DNA of 63,985 bases, the filler included, from Reclinomonas americana ATCC 50394 (taxonomy: Eukaryota), in assembly GCA_048213135.1 (NCBI GenBank). It is 7 parts of 5 records of this genome, joined end to end, with 100 filler letters (N's around TTAATTAATTAA, not from the genome) between each part and the next. Parts side by side here need not be neighbours in the genome. Positions count along the whole stretch, not along the records: positions 26,764 to 43,316 come from PS015402.1; positions 43,417 to 53,137 come from PS015402.1; 5 more parts are not named here. One strand, 5' to 3'. Shown one piece after another: positions 37,601-50,940 of this stretch (positions are counted from its first letter, which is position 1; the number at the start of each line of letters is the position of its first letter). A program made the position numbers and the translations under genes. The notes beneath the pieces were generated by a model. It did not search any database. It was not told where the DNA came from and saw only the letters and a list, made by a program, of their open reading frames with translations.

Positions 37601-39090
37601 GACTCGACGTACAGCAGCGCGCACCCGCACCACATCACCGAATTGCTGTCTGATCTCACGTTTTACATTTACCGCGCGCGACGCACGCCGATCCCGATGC
37701 TGAAGCTGCACGTGCGAGCGTCGTTTGAGCCACGCGAGTTACGCAGCGTCTGCACAATATGTACATACGTGCTCCAGCAGCGGCACTCACTGATGCATCT
37801 GACAGGTACCCGTCGAGCATCGAGCGCATGTATGAGTGGACACCGGACGAGTGCATTCCGGAGTTTTTCTGCGACCCAACACTCTTCCGAAGCCTGCACG
37901 AAAACATGAATGACCTCGAGTGCCCCCCATGGTTTGTGATGCACTCCCTCATATATGTGTGACCCAGTTTAATCATGCTTGCTGCATGGCAGGTGCGCGA
38001 ACCCGGTCGAGTTTGTCGAACTGCATCGTGAGATTCTGGAGACCAAGGGCGTCAGTCTGGCACTTCACAACTGGATCGACTTGGTGTTTGGGTACGTTTT
38101 TCATTGCTGCTTCAGCCTGTTTTTGTCAGTGCGCCTCATATCTGTGGCGCCACAACAGGTATCGCCTGTCGGGAACGGCCGCCGTCGAGGCCAAGAATGT
38201 GGTGATGCTGAAGAATTCCACGTCGCGTATTCGAGCCGACGGATTCGTGCAACTGTTTAGTGAACCGCATCCGCGGCGCCGTCGGTTGTGGCACGGCGCC
38301 ACCAAGAGTTTCGTGTGACGCAATTGATGCATGCCACAACCCACAAGTGTGTTGACTCGACTGCCTGCCTGTGTGTGCGTGCGCAGAGTATGGCACAAGT
38401 CGTGGCGGATACTATGTGCTGAAGCGACTCGAGCGTCAGCGATCGGACAGCGAAGTCTCGGCTCCAGAACTGGTACTCATTTCGTCCTCTCTCGTGATGT
38501 GGCAGCATCAGTCACTTATCTCGTGTCGCAGGCGGGTGTCATGTCGCCGGCATCGCGGCCACTCACCCCACCGCAGCAGACCACACCTACGCCAGCAGTG
38601 TCACACGTGGAGAGTGAGTCACCACGTCCTCCACCTCCGCCTGCTCCGGACGCAACACCAGCAGCCGAGCGTCGCGCACCGTCGGCTTTCCATCCTGTCA
38701 ATGCCAGTGCGTCGCCCAGTGTGCCACCACCGACTTCTTCTTCGGCGCGAGCGTCACCGCTGCTCGAGTCTTCCGAGTTGCGTGCCTCACGTTTCGTCAC
38801 CTCGATAATTGCGGCGACATTGACTCAGTTGCATGTTTGTTGCATGTGTACAGTGCCGGCTCAGCGACAGGTGCCGCTGTTGCTCCTGCTGCTGCTACAG
38901 CGGCGGCGGCGGCGGCGGCGGCGGCGGCTCCTCAGCCACCACCATCGACCGAAAAACGATCATGGCTTTCTGCGCTGGCTGCCACCATACAGTCGGTTGG
39001 CTCGTCGGTGACTGGCGGCAACAGTTGCGATGTCTATTTCGTGTGCACGTGTCGCGCAGCGACTCACGTCTCGTGACAACAACAGAGCGC

Positions 39091-39125
<35 letters not shown>

Positions 39126-42100
39126 GCAGCAGCAGACCAGACCAACCCTCTCACAGCGCATGTCGCCCGAGGATGGCATGTCTGTCAGCAGTTGCGATGG
39201 CTGCACAATGTGTTCGCATTNNNNNNNNNNNNNNNNNNNNNNNNNNNNNNNNNNNNNNNNNNNNNNNNNNNNNNNNNNNNNNNNNNNNNNNNNNNNNNNN
39301 NNNNNNNNNNNNNNNNNNNNNNNNNNNNNNNNNNNNNNNNNNNNNNNNNNNNNNNNNNNNNNNNNNNNNNNNNNNNNNNNNNNNNNNNNNNNNNNNNNNN
39401 NNNNNNNNNNNNNNNNNNNNNNNNNNNNNNNNNNNNNNNNNNNNNNNNNNNNNNNNNNNNNNNNNNNNNNNNNNNNNNNNNNNNNNNNNNNNNNNNNNNN
39501 NNNNNNNNNNNNNNNCACGGAAACATTGGTGGTGATGCACCACTGAATGCACACAGGCCTTGATCATTTAGCAGATCCAGCGCTGACGGATACTTGGCGC
39601 CCAGTGGGTCAGTCACTGATTGGTCGCCGAGGGCACGCTGAATCACTGCCAGACAATTGCGTCAGTGGTCACACATGGAAAAGTACAAGAAAAGGCGAAG
39701 CAGGCGCAACATGCGGCGCGCATTTGCCGTGGCACATTGGTCCAGTCGATTCGTGGAGTAGACTTGCCACCGCGCAGGTATCGTACCTGTCGGCCAGCAA
39801 ACGAATGAGACACTGACAGACTGAGACCGAGTGCAAGAGTACAGCATACCAGTGTTCTCGGCGAGAACAGCGGATGCAGCTGATACAACTCGTACACCAG
39901 ACACCCAACAAAGAAAATGTCGTCGCTGGAAACACAGCACATCATGAGTATGTTACTTGTGCAGGCGCAGCAACTGTGTGCGCACCTCTTCATGTCATCC
40001 AGCGACAGCGGTTGCTTCTCCGTGTCGCACACGTCGGCCACGTGCCGGCAGGGCCACAGAATAGGATCGTGATCGGCGGTGAATGTATTCACACTCTCAA
40101 TGCTGTCCAGCCCATCGAAGAGATGCGGCGACATGTCGACGCCAAATGCTGCAATGAGTCTGTTCAGTGCACCTTATGCTGAACNNNNNNNNNNNNNNNN
40201 NNNNTCGTGCTGACTGATCGCTGCAGGCACCTTCCCCACGTACTTTCACCAAGCGTACGACTTGCTGAGTCGGCTGTATGCGTGTCGGACGGTGGAGGAG
40301 TCGTGCGGAGTGTTGTCACTGTGTGAGAGCACGTTGGTCGACCCGCGGGTACTCGCCAAGGAGGGCTTTGAGTTGGCGATTCCGCACTTTTTGCACATTT
40401 TTGAGTCGTGTGGTTTGTTTTGCGTTCCGGTCAGGAGTCGATTGATGCATCACTTCATTCTCACTGGTCGGCGGTGATAGATGTTTGGAGGATTGGGCTC
40501 GGGTCACTGCGCTCGCTCTCTCGTCGCATTCGGTTGGATGCTCCGCGTGCGATTGCCAGCTTCCTGGAGATTTGCAAGTCAATCTACGAGGTAATGCCAG
40601 TGATGTCCACTGTATTGAAGAGAGAAGGAGAAGAAGAGAGGAGGAGAGAGGGCGAGAGAGAAAGAGAGGGAGAGCGAGAAACGAGAGAGAAGACCTCTTG
40701 TGCAGTGACTGACTGCCTCGTATGATATCCGTAGCGACATCGCGACATCGACACGCAGCTGTTCTTCTTCAGTGTCCCGGTGCTGGATACGTTGTGCACA
40801 CTGTTTGGAAAGCAGGCATTCGCCGACCACTTTTTCCCCTATTGCATGGAAGCGATGCGCGAGCGGGAGGCAAGTGCAGACTGGGACTGCTTATTCTTCC
40901 CGCGTCGCGGTGTACGTGCTCACGAGGTTACTGGGACGATGATACGCAGCTTGCTTCGCGTCTTGTGGAACCCTTTGCCCTCCTGCCGTGCTTTGTCGGC
41001 GAACGGCTGTCGATGCAAGTGGTTGTGCCGGCCCTGCTGCACGAGGTCAGCCGGCAGCATCCCAATGTGTATCCGATTATGCAACTGCTGTTCAAGTACT
41101 GTGCGCTGTTGCGTTTGCTGAATCCTTCCACATGTCATCCTCTCTTTTTTCTCGCTTCCGCGTTGATCCGGCCTGATACGTGCGCATGCACACACAGCTT
41201 TGGGCCACAGTTCGCCGCCGACCACATCATTCTGCGTCTCCAAACGCTATTGTTGGATGAACTTGAAGAGCATCGACAGGAGTGCGGCAAGGCTGCGGCC
41301 GCTGCGGCCGCTGCAGGTGCCACCGGAAGCACGTTGGAAGTCAACGATGGTCGTAGCAGCGGCCGCTCGTCGCCCATCTCCGCCGACTCTGCAGTGATTC
41401 CGCGCGCTGCGCGCCGTGGCTGGCGTATTCACATGCTGCTCTCGTTCCTCACCTCGCTGGCGAGTGTGGTTCCTTCAGCGCTGTACTTGGAGGTGCGCCA
41501 CTGTCGTCGTTGTCGCTGCTCGGTGTGCATCTCTTCTGACAGTTTGGTTGCAGACGCTGCTGTCGGAGCCGCATAATCTCGTCGAGTCGCTCCACGACGT
41601 GCTGTCCAACCTGCCTTTGGCCATTTACTCGGAACTCGCATCTGTTTTCACCGTGTCCATCATGAATCTGGAGCCGCAGAGAGTTGCGTATTCACTGGAG
41701 AGTGTGGTGGTTTGCGCAAGTGATCCTGCGTGCTAACAAGTGCATGCAGATCGATGGCGTTGTGCGCTCGTTCGAGCGGTTGTTGTCGTTTGAGGAAGTG
41801 AGGCCACCAGAGATGTCTCTTCAAAGTGCGTGGCGCGCCCCAGTGTGTATACACAGTGCGTGTTCTCCCTCCCATCACGGCCGACTGACAGATTTTGGTG
41901 ACAATGCAGACAAGGATGATGTCGATCGATTCCACACACAGCGTTGCGTCTGCTCCCCGAGTTTGTCTCTCACCACCTTGTGCTCACATCCCGATCACAG
42001 TGAGCCGCAATGTCAATCGGCGCATCGTGTCGCAGGAGATTTCGTCAGAGGTGATGGAGACAGTTGGCGAGAGACTGCAATTTTTTGTGCAATCACTGAC

Positions 42101-44465
42101 ACCTCCTCCTCTTGGTCACACAGCTCTCCAAGATTGCCCTGCTGTACCACAAGCTGTCGCAGCTGTTCCCAGCCGCCCCGGCCAGCATGCGACAGTACAC
42201 CGAGTACCACATGATTCTGGAGCAGATCATCGCCTCGTCGTCGCTGGTTGGGTGCGTATCGTCGTGTTTCAGGCACATTCAGTGGCTGTGCATCTCTCAC
42301 ACACTATAACAGACCGCTGGCCACTGACGGCTCTCGACCGAGTTTCTTGTTCGAGACCATCACACGTGCGGCACAGGGTCTGCCACCGACCGGTGCGTCG
42401 TCACTATCGTCGTTGTTGGTTCTCTCTTTCTTCGGTGCTTCCTGACGCCGCGGTCGCCACAGCCGGTGAAACCGTAGCTGCCGAGTGGATGCAGAGATGG
42501 CACGGTAGCAGTGCTCCACGCGTTCACTACGTCTCCGCTCTCGGCCTTGCCCTGCTCTCGGAAGTGCAACGAACCCCTGCCACACTCGTGGCCACTTCCT
42601 GCTGGCGCCAGCATCCACCGAGGTCTCGCTTGATCACACGGCACACAACTCGCACCTTGGCTGTCGGTGCTGCTGGTGATGGTAAGAGTGCACGTGATTT
42701 CTGAGTGTCGCCCCGATTGTTGACTGAATGTGTGTGTGTGTGTGTGGCACTCTTGGGCAGATGACGCATCGCACGGTCGGTGACAACCTGCTGTTTTTTC
42801 GTGTATTGCGATACCCGTTGTTGACACATCTTGCTGACGGCAGGTGCATTCAACTCACTCGAGGGCATTCCGACCAAGGTGCTTCCGGTGGCGTGGAGCG
42901 GCCAGTTCCTCTACGAAGTGGATGTCGGAACCATGGTTAGGAGCTTTTCGCTTGCGTGCTTCACTGTGCGAAAGGCAACCTGAGACTTACGTGTCACCGC
43001 CAGCCGAAATGCATTACGGCGTACGAGGAGAGATCGCTGTTGGGAGTTGGTGGTAAGGACGGTTCTGTCACTGTGGTGCCCCTCTTTGGAGATCACGGCG
43101 CAAAGGTGAGTCATTCTGTGTGCAAGTGTGTTGCTACCTTGTGCTCAGTGCGATCCGTGCGCAGAAGCGGTTCAGGGAGCATTCGTCGGCCGTGCACTTT
43201 TGTCAGTTCCTGCGCGACGGCATGTGGTGTCTCTCCTCTGACCATACGATACGGGTGGGTGCTTTCGTGACGATGCTCTCTTGTTTCAATTTCTCCGACC
43301 TCACACCCTCCGCCGANNNNNNNNNNNNNNNNNNNNNNNNNNNNNNNNNNNNNNNNNNNNTTAATTAATTAANNNNNNNNNNNNNNNNNNNNNNNNNNNN
43401 NNNNNNNNNNNNNNNNCAGCTGTGGGACGTGGAAAAGGAGGCCACGTTGCTGTCGTACCGTCCGTACGGCTCACAAGTGGCGTCGTGCACCGCTGCGTCA
43501 GCACTGCAGGTGGCCATTGTGGCCACGCAAGAGTCGGAACTGAGGTGTGTGCGCTCGTACTCGCTCTCGGGCATTTGTTCCTTCCTGTAGTGCTGTCTCA
43601 CTGGTGCTGTCCTCCCCCCCGCAGACTGATTGATTTCCGCCGCTCTGCCGTGGCTGCGCGTTGGCGTCTCGACATTCCTCACTTGGCGCGTCCGTCCGTC
43701 CGTTCGGTCGTATGCAGTCCGAGTTTCGTGATGGACGCAACTGTACTCTCGTGTCGTGTGTGGTTGATGAATGTGCGCTCTGTTACAGATGACATGCATC
43801 TCGCCGTCGCGCTGTCTTCGGGACACGTGCACCTGTTGGACCAGCGAGTCGGTGTCTGCTACGCGCACTGGAAGGCACACGAAAGCAATTTGTGCAAGGT
43901 GCGTCTGTCGTGCGATCGCATGTGTGTCGGCGCGACTCACTCGGCTGCACGCAGGTGGCGTTCTTGACGGAAAATATTCTGGCCACGGCCTCGTCGTCCG
44001 ACCGCGCCGTATCTCTGTGGAATGTCGGGGATCTGTCGGTGCTCGATCTGCAACCCTTCCCCACTGCCGGTGAGACGCGCACCGTACCGTGCTGTTGCGG
44101 AGATGAGTTCTAATCATGAGGATCTTGAAACAGACACACAGCGGCGACTGGCCACGACGGCCGTGTCGAGTGTCAATGACATCTGTATCAGCACTGTGCA
44201 CTCGCAGATGCATCTCCTGTCTCCCACTGGCAGCGCCTACTTTGAGTGGGACAGTCGCAGTGGCCCGTTCAATTCGGTTCGTGATGCTACACGAGTTCGT
44301 CATTCTCCCGAGACGCGCTGACATGTCTTATTGCAGATGTCGGCATGCAATCCGGTGGTGTCGCGACCAAAGACCATGCCGAGTCTGACATGCGCCACAA
44401 TCCTCGAGTTCCACGACATGCTGGCATTCGGCGCGGAAGATGGCAATGTGGCGGTGTACAGATAG
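34648..44465 (+). CDS. WDR81: WDR81/LvsG-like BEACH, kinase-like and WD40 protein; internal segment 39516-40184 assembled in reverse
   Basis: BEACH domain: [118 protein letters not shown]-terminal WD40 repeats end [13 protein letters not shown]. The start codon is less certain. Confidence 0.88.
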
Positions 44466-44633
44466 CATGGGCTCATTCACATTACACGGTAATAAAGGTA
44501 ATATTAATAGTGGCACAGGGGTGATTAAGGGAACAACAACAACAACAGCAGCAGCAGCAGCAGTAGCAGCCGCAGCACCTCGACTCGCAAGCACATTGCG
44601 CCTGCGTCGACGATCGCACGAGCACGAGGCCAC

Positions 44634-47029
44634 TCACGTCATGGGCGTTGCCGATGGCGATGAGGCCGGCGACACGCGAGAAGGCGACACACGGGGTGGT
44701 GAAGGGGAGAAATTGATCTTGTGCATGAGATGGCAGCGGCGCCAGTCCACGTCCTGCAAACGCACGAATGAGACAGATGAAGGCACCACCGTACAGTCGG
44801 GGGAAGGGACGGAACTGAAGACGGGAAGGACGGTATCCCTGGTGGAGTACGTGCCCGTTCCACCACTGTTCCAATCTCTCGATCGCGACCTCGCGGCGGT
44901 GGAGACGCCGAGATGCCGCGCCACGAGATGATATCGGAACTACCGGCGGCCACACGTCGCGGTGAGCACTCACCATTCGCCTTGCGCGATCGTCGATCCG
45001 CGATGCGCCCGGCCAATTGCAACCAGTGTTGCGCTGCAGGTGCGTACGGCTGCGTGTGATGCAGAGGGAGTAGTACGTCAGCCATGTGGAGGAGATAACA
45101 GTGGATATGGCCATGATAACGCAACAACACACACACGAGGCGATGAGGCCTCCGAGGCGGCAGTGAGCAGATTCGGGTCACTGCCACTGTTCTTCCGGTT
45201 CCTGTGGTACATTGTGAGTAATTTAACTTCACCCAACAGCAAGACTTGCTTGGCAAAAACGCACCCTTCGGTGTGAGATATCGAATACTTAGGCGATTCG
45301 AGAAACAGACCGTAGTACGCGTCGTAGGAGAGAGCCTTGAATCCCGTTACTGACGAGGGATTGTGCCTGTACCACACAAGTGAGACAGATGAAAAAAACT
45401 ATTTCTCGTCGTGACAAGAATGAGTACCTGGTGTACGGTGAACCGTGTGGACCGGCAGTCATGGGCGATGACGACCTGTCGCACAACGATGAGCATGGAC
45501 ATGGAAACTGCTTGCAGGCGAGACCACACGCACACGCACCCAAACGCCGATAAGAACTCGGGCAGCGAGAGCCCGGCAGACGGATTCGCTGGCGCACACG
45601 CCGAGATGATGCTCTTCACTTGATCTGTCGACAGTGACAAGTTGCAGCGGCGAAGACCTTCGCGGAGCTCCTCCGCGGACAGATTGCCTGCGAGGAAGAT
45701 TGAGAGAAACAGAGCCACCTGCACACATACACATACACCCACCACGTACCATCGCGTTGCGTGTCGAGCTCGCAGAACAGGCGCGTTGGACTTGACCATC
45801 GCTCTTGTAACTTGGCGCGCGCCAGTTGTCGCAACTGAAACGTGGACGGCGACACGGCAAACGGTTTTGGTGCAGGTGGTGGTACAACAGGGAAAGACGA
45901 GGAGGCGGGCACGTCCGCTGAACGAGGTCTTGACTGTGGAGAGACGGGGAACGACACGCGTTTCCTCCGTGATGGTCGCCGTCCTGGTGATGAATCGCGA
46001 CTGTTGGGCGACGAGCTGTCGTTGCTGCTGGGTGACTGTGTGTGGCGCAAGAGAGTAATAAATGACCATTGAATCTACAAGGGGCACCGCAGTGATCAAT
46101 ACCTGCGGTGCATCCATGTACGTGTCGAGGCGTAATGGATTACGATCTCTGCAAAAAGGACAATGACGGTGAGTACAGACAGAGAGCAGAGAGTGCGAGA
46201 AGAGCATACATGCAGACGACGCACAATGGTCGGAACTCGCGCGGTCCAGCACTTCGTCTCGTGGATGGAGAAAGGTCCTGCGTGAAAGAAGAAGATGGAT
46301 GAGTGGGCGACTCGATGAACCCCACACATACACGCGGCAGCGAAAGCAACTCGCGCAGTTGGCGAGGATGGAGATGCAGGATTACTTGATTGTCTGCAGG
46401 CGCACATGAGCGACGTGGCAACGATAAATACACACACGCGCGCGCACGAAACTTGTTCAACGCATCGAGGCTTATTCGTACATGTGGTCGAGTATTCTGT
46501 GAGGCAGATTCGTGAGTACCAAAGTTGTATGTAAGCAGCGCTTGACTGCTCACCACCGACGGGTCGGCTCGCGAAGGCGCGTTGACGCGACGCTTCGACT
46601 GGAAGAGTTTCACCTGCGTGCGTGCGAGAGGAGTGAGGCGAAAGATTGCAACGCGGTCTTCGTGCATCACATGACTGACCTCATTCGCCTCCTACCAATG
46701 GACCCACACAAAAGAAACACGCACGCACACACACGAGATGAGAGGGAACGTGAGAACCATGCCGTAGTGACTCTGATGATTCTGCGAACCGGAAACGTCG
46801 CGCTCGGAGCAGCATATCTGGCGCACACGGCGGTCAGCACGCGAGAGAAAGAGAGAGACTCTCGCCGTGTGCATGCACGCAACCTTGACTCTTGCCTCAC
46901 ATGCGACTGCGCATCGCCATTGGTGCCCGTCACCGCCGCACGAGCAAAGGCGTGAATCGGTGCTGCAGAGAGTGCATCATGTCGTGTCTTCTCTTCCAAC
47001 TGGAGAAGGGTGACCGGGAGCGTCGACAT
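44634..47029 (-). CDS. Protein with an EF-hand pair and a possible degenerate PARP/ART-like fold
   Basis: EF-hand: LFCELDTQRD|GNLSAEELREGL..LSLPEFL. Weak ART-like motifs: YYGLFLESPKYS..VLLLGEV..CYLLH..LLP. GT-AG introns. Confidence 0.5.
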
Positions 47030-47953
47030 GAAAAGCAACAACAAGAGAGAGAGGGGGGGACGGCGACGAGGATGAGCGTAAATGCGGCGGTCGACAAAGG
47101 AGAGCAGAGTGGAGAGTGAGAGAGGACGAATCGATAAGAGAACAGATACAACAGGCGATGGCGCCGACAATACGGAGAAGAAGGAGAGATTGTGCGGCGG
47201 ACATCGGAACCTCACCATTCCCTGTACAAGAGGCATACGAGACGGCTTACCCGAACCGGACATCGCCAGCGCCTGCATCACCGACAGCCACATAGACACG
47301 AAGAAGCAAGCAAAAAAAAAAAAACAGCGAAAAACAAGAGATCCAGCAATGAGAGAGAGATATCGAATGATTGATTGCAGAGGTATTCCACCTGCAGTTC
47401 ACGAGGCGAGTATCGCTGCACTCCATTGATGCTGTTGCTGCGTGCGTGCACATGGGATGTGTAAGCAGACCTCGGAGCGCAAAAAAACATGCGCACACAT
47501 TATTCGCTGGCGGCACCTCAATCGTTGCATGACAGCATGATGAAACGACGGCTGCAGACACACAACGCGCGCACACACACATAGTGAGAGATGAGCACAA
47601 GCCGCGCGACCTGACATGCACACACACCTCTGCACGACGCGGAGAATAGTCGCGCGCGCGTGTGCGTCGCTGCGGACTGTCGCCTTGCCGATGTGGTGAT
47701 GACGATGCCATTCACACACGCACACACACGCTGCACTCGGGCAGCCTGTGCTTGCTTTCTCTGTCCCAAGCTGAGTGCGTGTGTGCGCGCAATTACCGCC
47801 CGCAACACCAACACACGCGCACACACACAGAAAGACACAAAAGCGAAGAGCGTGAGCACGTGGCGACACAGTGCGTAGGAGAGAGAGAGAGCAAGAGGCA
47901 GAGATGCGCACACCTGCAAGCACAAAGCGACAGTGACAATCGCTCGCAGCGCT

Positions 47954-50736
47954 CATTCCCGCCATTCTGCGACAAGAACACGACAAGGCCGCATGGTGCC
48001 TCTCTTCTCTACACTCTCCTCACACACACACACTGCGTACTCACTTGCAACACAGGTCGCGTCCTCGGCTGCTGCGAGTGGTGGCGACACTCGTATGCAC
48101 TGGGACAACTTGCTCCGACACTATGCAGTCCCTCACGAAGGTCTCTCCATCACAGTCTGTCATTGACTGTATGCTTTCTCAACACACACATACACACGAA
48201 AAGGACTGTTGGATTTCGATTCGCTGTGGAGCAGTCCGTTCCGTCTGGGCACCACGCTGGAGGGCTCACAGTGTGCACCGTATCAGATCCTCTCACTGGT
48301 GCAGCTGAATGCGCGTGTGAGGCAATGTTAAGTAACACATGGACGTAGAAAGAGCAAGTGAGAAGCACGTGCTCAATGCCACTCAACCAGGGTCATCTGT
48401 GTCGTCGGCATTCGAGGCGAATCGAGGTGTTGGGCTGTTCTCGCACTCGTTCCTGACGGATTACCCGCGACCAGTGTGGAGCAGTGGGTTCTCTGTGCGA
48501 CTCAATGGTTTGTCCAACTGGGAAGCAGCATTCGGCATGTGTGTTTGTCTCTTGTTTATGCGGAGTGTGACACAGACATGGAGCTGGGAAAGCGGCTGGT
48601 GTCGGCGTCGCAGCACTTGCCATTGTCGAATGCGTGGAAGATGCTCACGCTGCGCAACGGTGGTGGGGAGAGTGAGACGCCGGCGACAATGTCGTCGGAG
48701 AAGGTGATGAAGCCGGGTGCGCATGCAGCGTCGCCCTCCGGTGCCTCAACAGGCACCGAGAAATCGCGTGGGTCGCTGCGCTGGCCACTGTTTCGTCATC
48801 CGACCATGTTTCACTGTTACCTGACGCGCGAGATGGATGGCGTCCGACAATTCTTCATGCAAGTCGAGAACAACAACGCCTACATCCGCTTCAGTGGAGT
48901 CCGTGAGGAGCCGGTCGAGGAAACGTGGCACACCATGCTGTCGATGGCCNNNNNNNNNNNNNNNNNNNNNNNNNNNNNNNNNNNNNNNNNNNNNNNNNNN
49001 NNNNNNNNNNNNNNNNNNNNNNNNNNNNNNNNNNNNNNNNNNNNNNNNNNNNNNNNNNNNNNNNNNNNNNNNNNNNNNNNNNNNNNNNNNNNNNNNNNNN
49101 NNNNNNNNNNNNNNNNNNNNNNNNNNNNNNNNNNNNNNNNNNNNNNNNNNNNNNNNNNNNNNNNNNNNNNNNNNNNNNNNNNNNNNNNNNNNNNNNNNNN
49201 NNNNNNNNNNNNNNNNNNNNNNNNNNNNNNNNNNNNNNNNNNNNNNNNNNNNNNNNNNNNNNNNNNNNNNNNNNNNNNNNNNNNNNNNNNNNNNNNNNNN
49301 NNNNNNNNNNNNNNNNNNNNNNNNNNNNNNNNNNNNNNNNNNNNNNNNNNNNNNNNNNNNNNNNNNNNNNNNNNNNNNNNNNNNNNNNNNNNNNNNNNNN
49401 NNNNNNNNNNNNNNNNNNNNNNNNNNNNNNNNNNNNNNNNNNNNNNNNNNNNNNNNNNNNNNNNNNNNNNNNNNNNNNNNNNNNNNNNNNNNNNNNNNNN
49501 NNNNNNNNNNNNNNNNNNNTACGCCGGCCCCGTCCATGCCGCCGAGGTGTCGCTGGGCTTCCCCTTGCTGCTGGCCACCTACTCGTACTCGTTTGACGAG
49601 CGATTCAGTGTCGGTCTCGAGTACGGCGTCCTGCTGCCGCAAGCCGTCGGCAACGGTCTGCTCGATGATTGCCTGCTTGTCGTTGTGTGTTTACCGAACT
49701 GAAATGTGCGTTTGCAGGCTCGATCGCTGTGCGGTGGCGCAGTGCACGCACCCCACACTCGCAGTTGGTGGCCGCTGCCGCGGCTGCGACAGCGGCGGCT
49801 GCTTCTGCTGCTGCTTCTGCTGCCGCGGCCGCGGCCTCTGCTGCCTCGCCCGGTGGTGGTAGCGGTGGCGGCGGTGGCGGCGAGGCCTACGTGAGCGAGT
49901 TGATTCGACCGCATCACCAGACGGCGAGTTCTGTCGGCAAGCACAGCAACAACCTCGAGGAGCAGCAGTCGGTGGTGTCTGCACTCGATCCGCAGCGATA
50001 CTTTGCGCTCACGGCGTCGGCCACCATCAGCGGCAATTTGCAGGCCAGCTACTCATTCGTGTACGATAATACACTGGCGCGCAAGCACCGGCGACCGTCG
50101 CGTTGGACGGGCGGTCCGTTCGCGTTTGCGGTGCGCGCCGGTGTCAACGTCATCGCCGTCGATCCGTACTTTTCGGCGGCGCTGCTCTTCCCCATGTTCA
50201 ACATTGGCCACGCCGACGTGTGCACGCCGATTGTGCGTCTGATCGACACGGCGCCCTACAACACCTTCACCAGTGTCTCGCACCACCCCGACCTGCTGCA
50301 CGCCGCCAGTGGCATCGGCGACGGCGAGCTGGACGCGGCTGACACCAGCGAAGACGCGCTCTCCAACTGGTCCTACTGGCAGCTCAAGTTCGACACTCGC
50401 ATCGGCGCCGTGGCCTCGCTCACCCTCCCCCTCTGGTTCCGCCACGCGAGCGTCGAACTACGACTGGTCATTCTCAACGCCCGCGGCCTCGCCACCGCAC
50501 GCAACCCCGCCAATCTGCACTGGACCGGTCCCGAGCCGAAGCCTTTTATCGCGAACGTGCCCGACGACTTCGCGCACAACAACGCCGCCAGCGTCGCGAA
50601 GATGCCGGCGACGACGATGACGATGATGAAGATCGGAGTGTCCTCGCTCCCGCGCTCAATCGCTGGCGTGCAGGCATCTCCATCAACATTGGCTTCTGAC
50701 GAGGGAGAGACTGAAGGCCAGACAATGTACATGTAA
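47954..50736 (+). CDS. Hypothetical multi-exon protein rich in alternating aromatic/Gly beta-strand-like segments; start unresolved
   Basis: Long terminal exon of about 49718-50736 with coding-like GC3. Upstream spliced exons near 48260-48535 and 48577-48949. No family recognised. Confidence 0.55.
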
Positions 50737-50821
50737 CGACGTAGTGCATTCGTCCCGTCCCTCATTCTCGCACGATCGACCTCGCCAACATGCTGCGCGC
50801 GTTGGGAGTTTCGTCTTCACT

Positions 50822-50862
<41 letters not shown>

Positions 50863-50940
50863 GTGTGTGTTGCGCATGCATGCTCATTGTCTCCNNNNNN
50901 NNNNNNNNNNNNNNACTGCATTTGCAACACATACACACAG

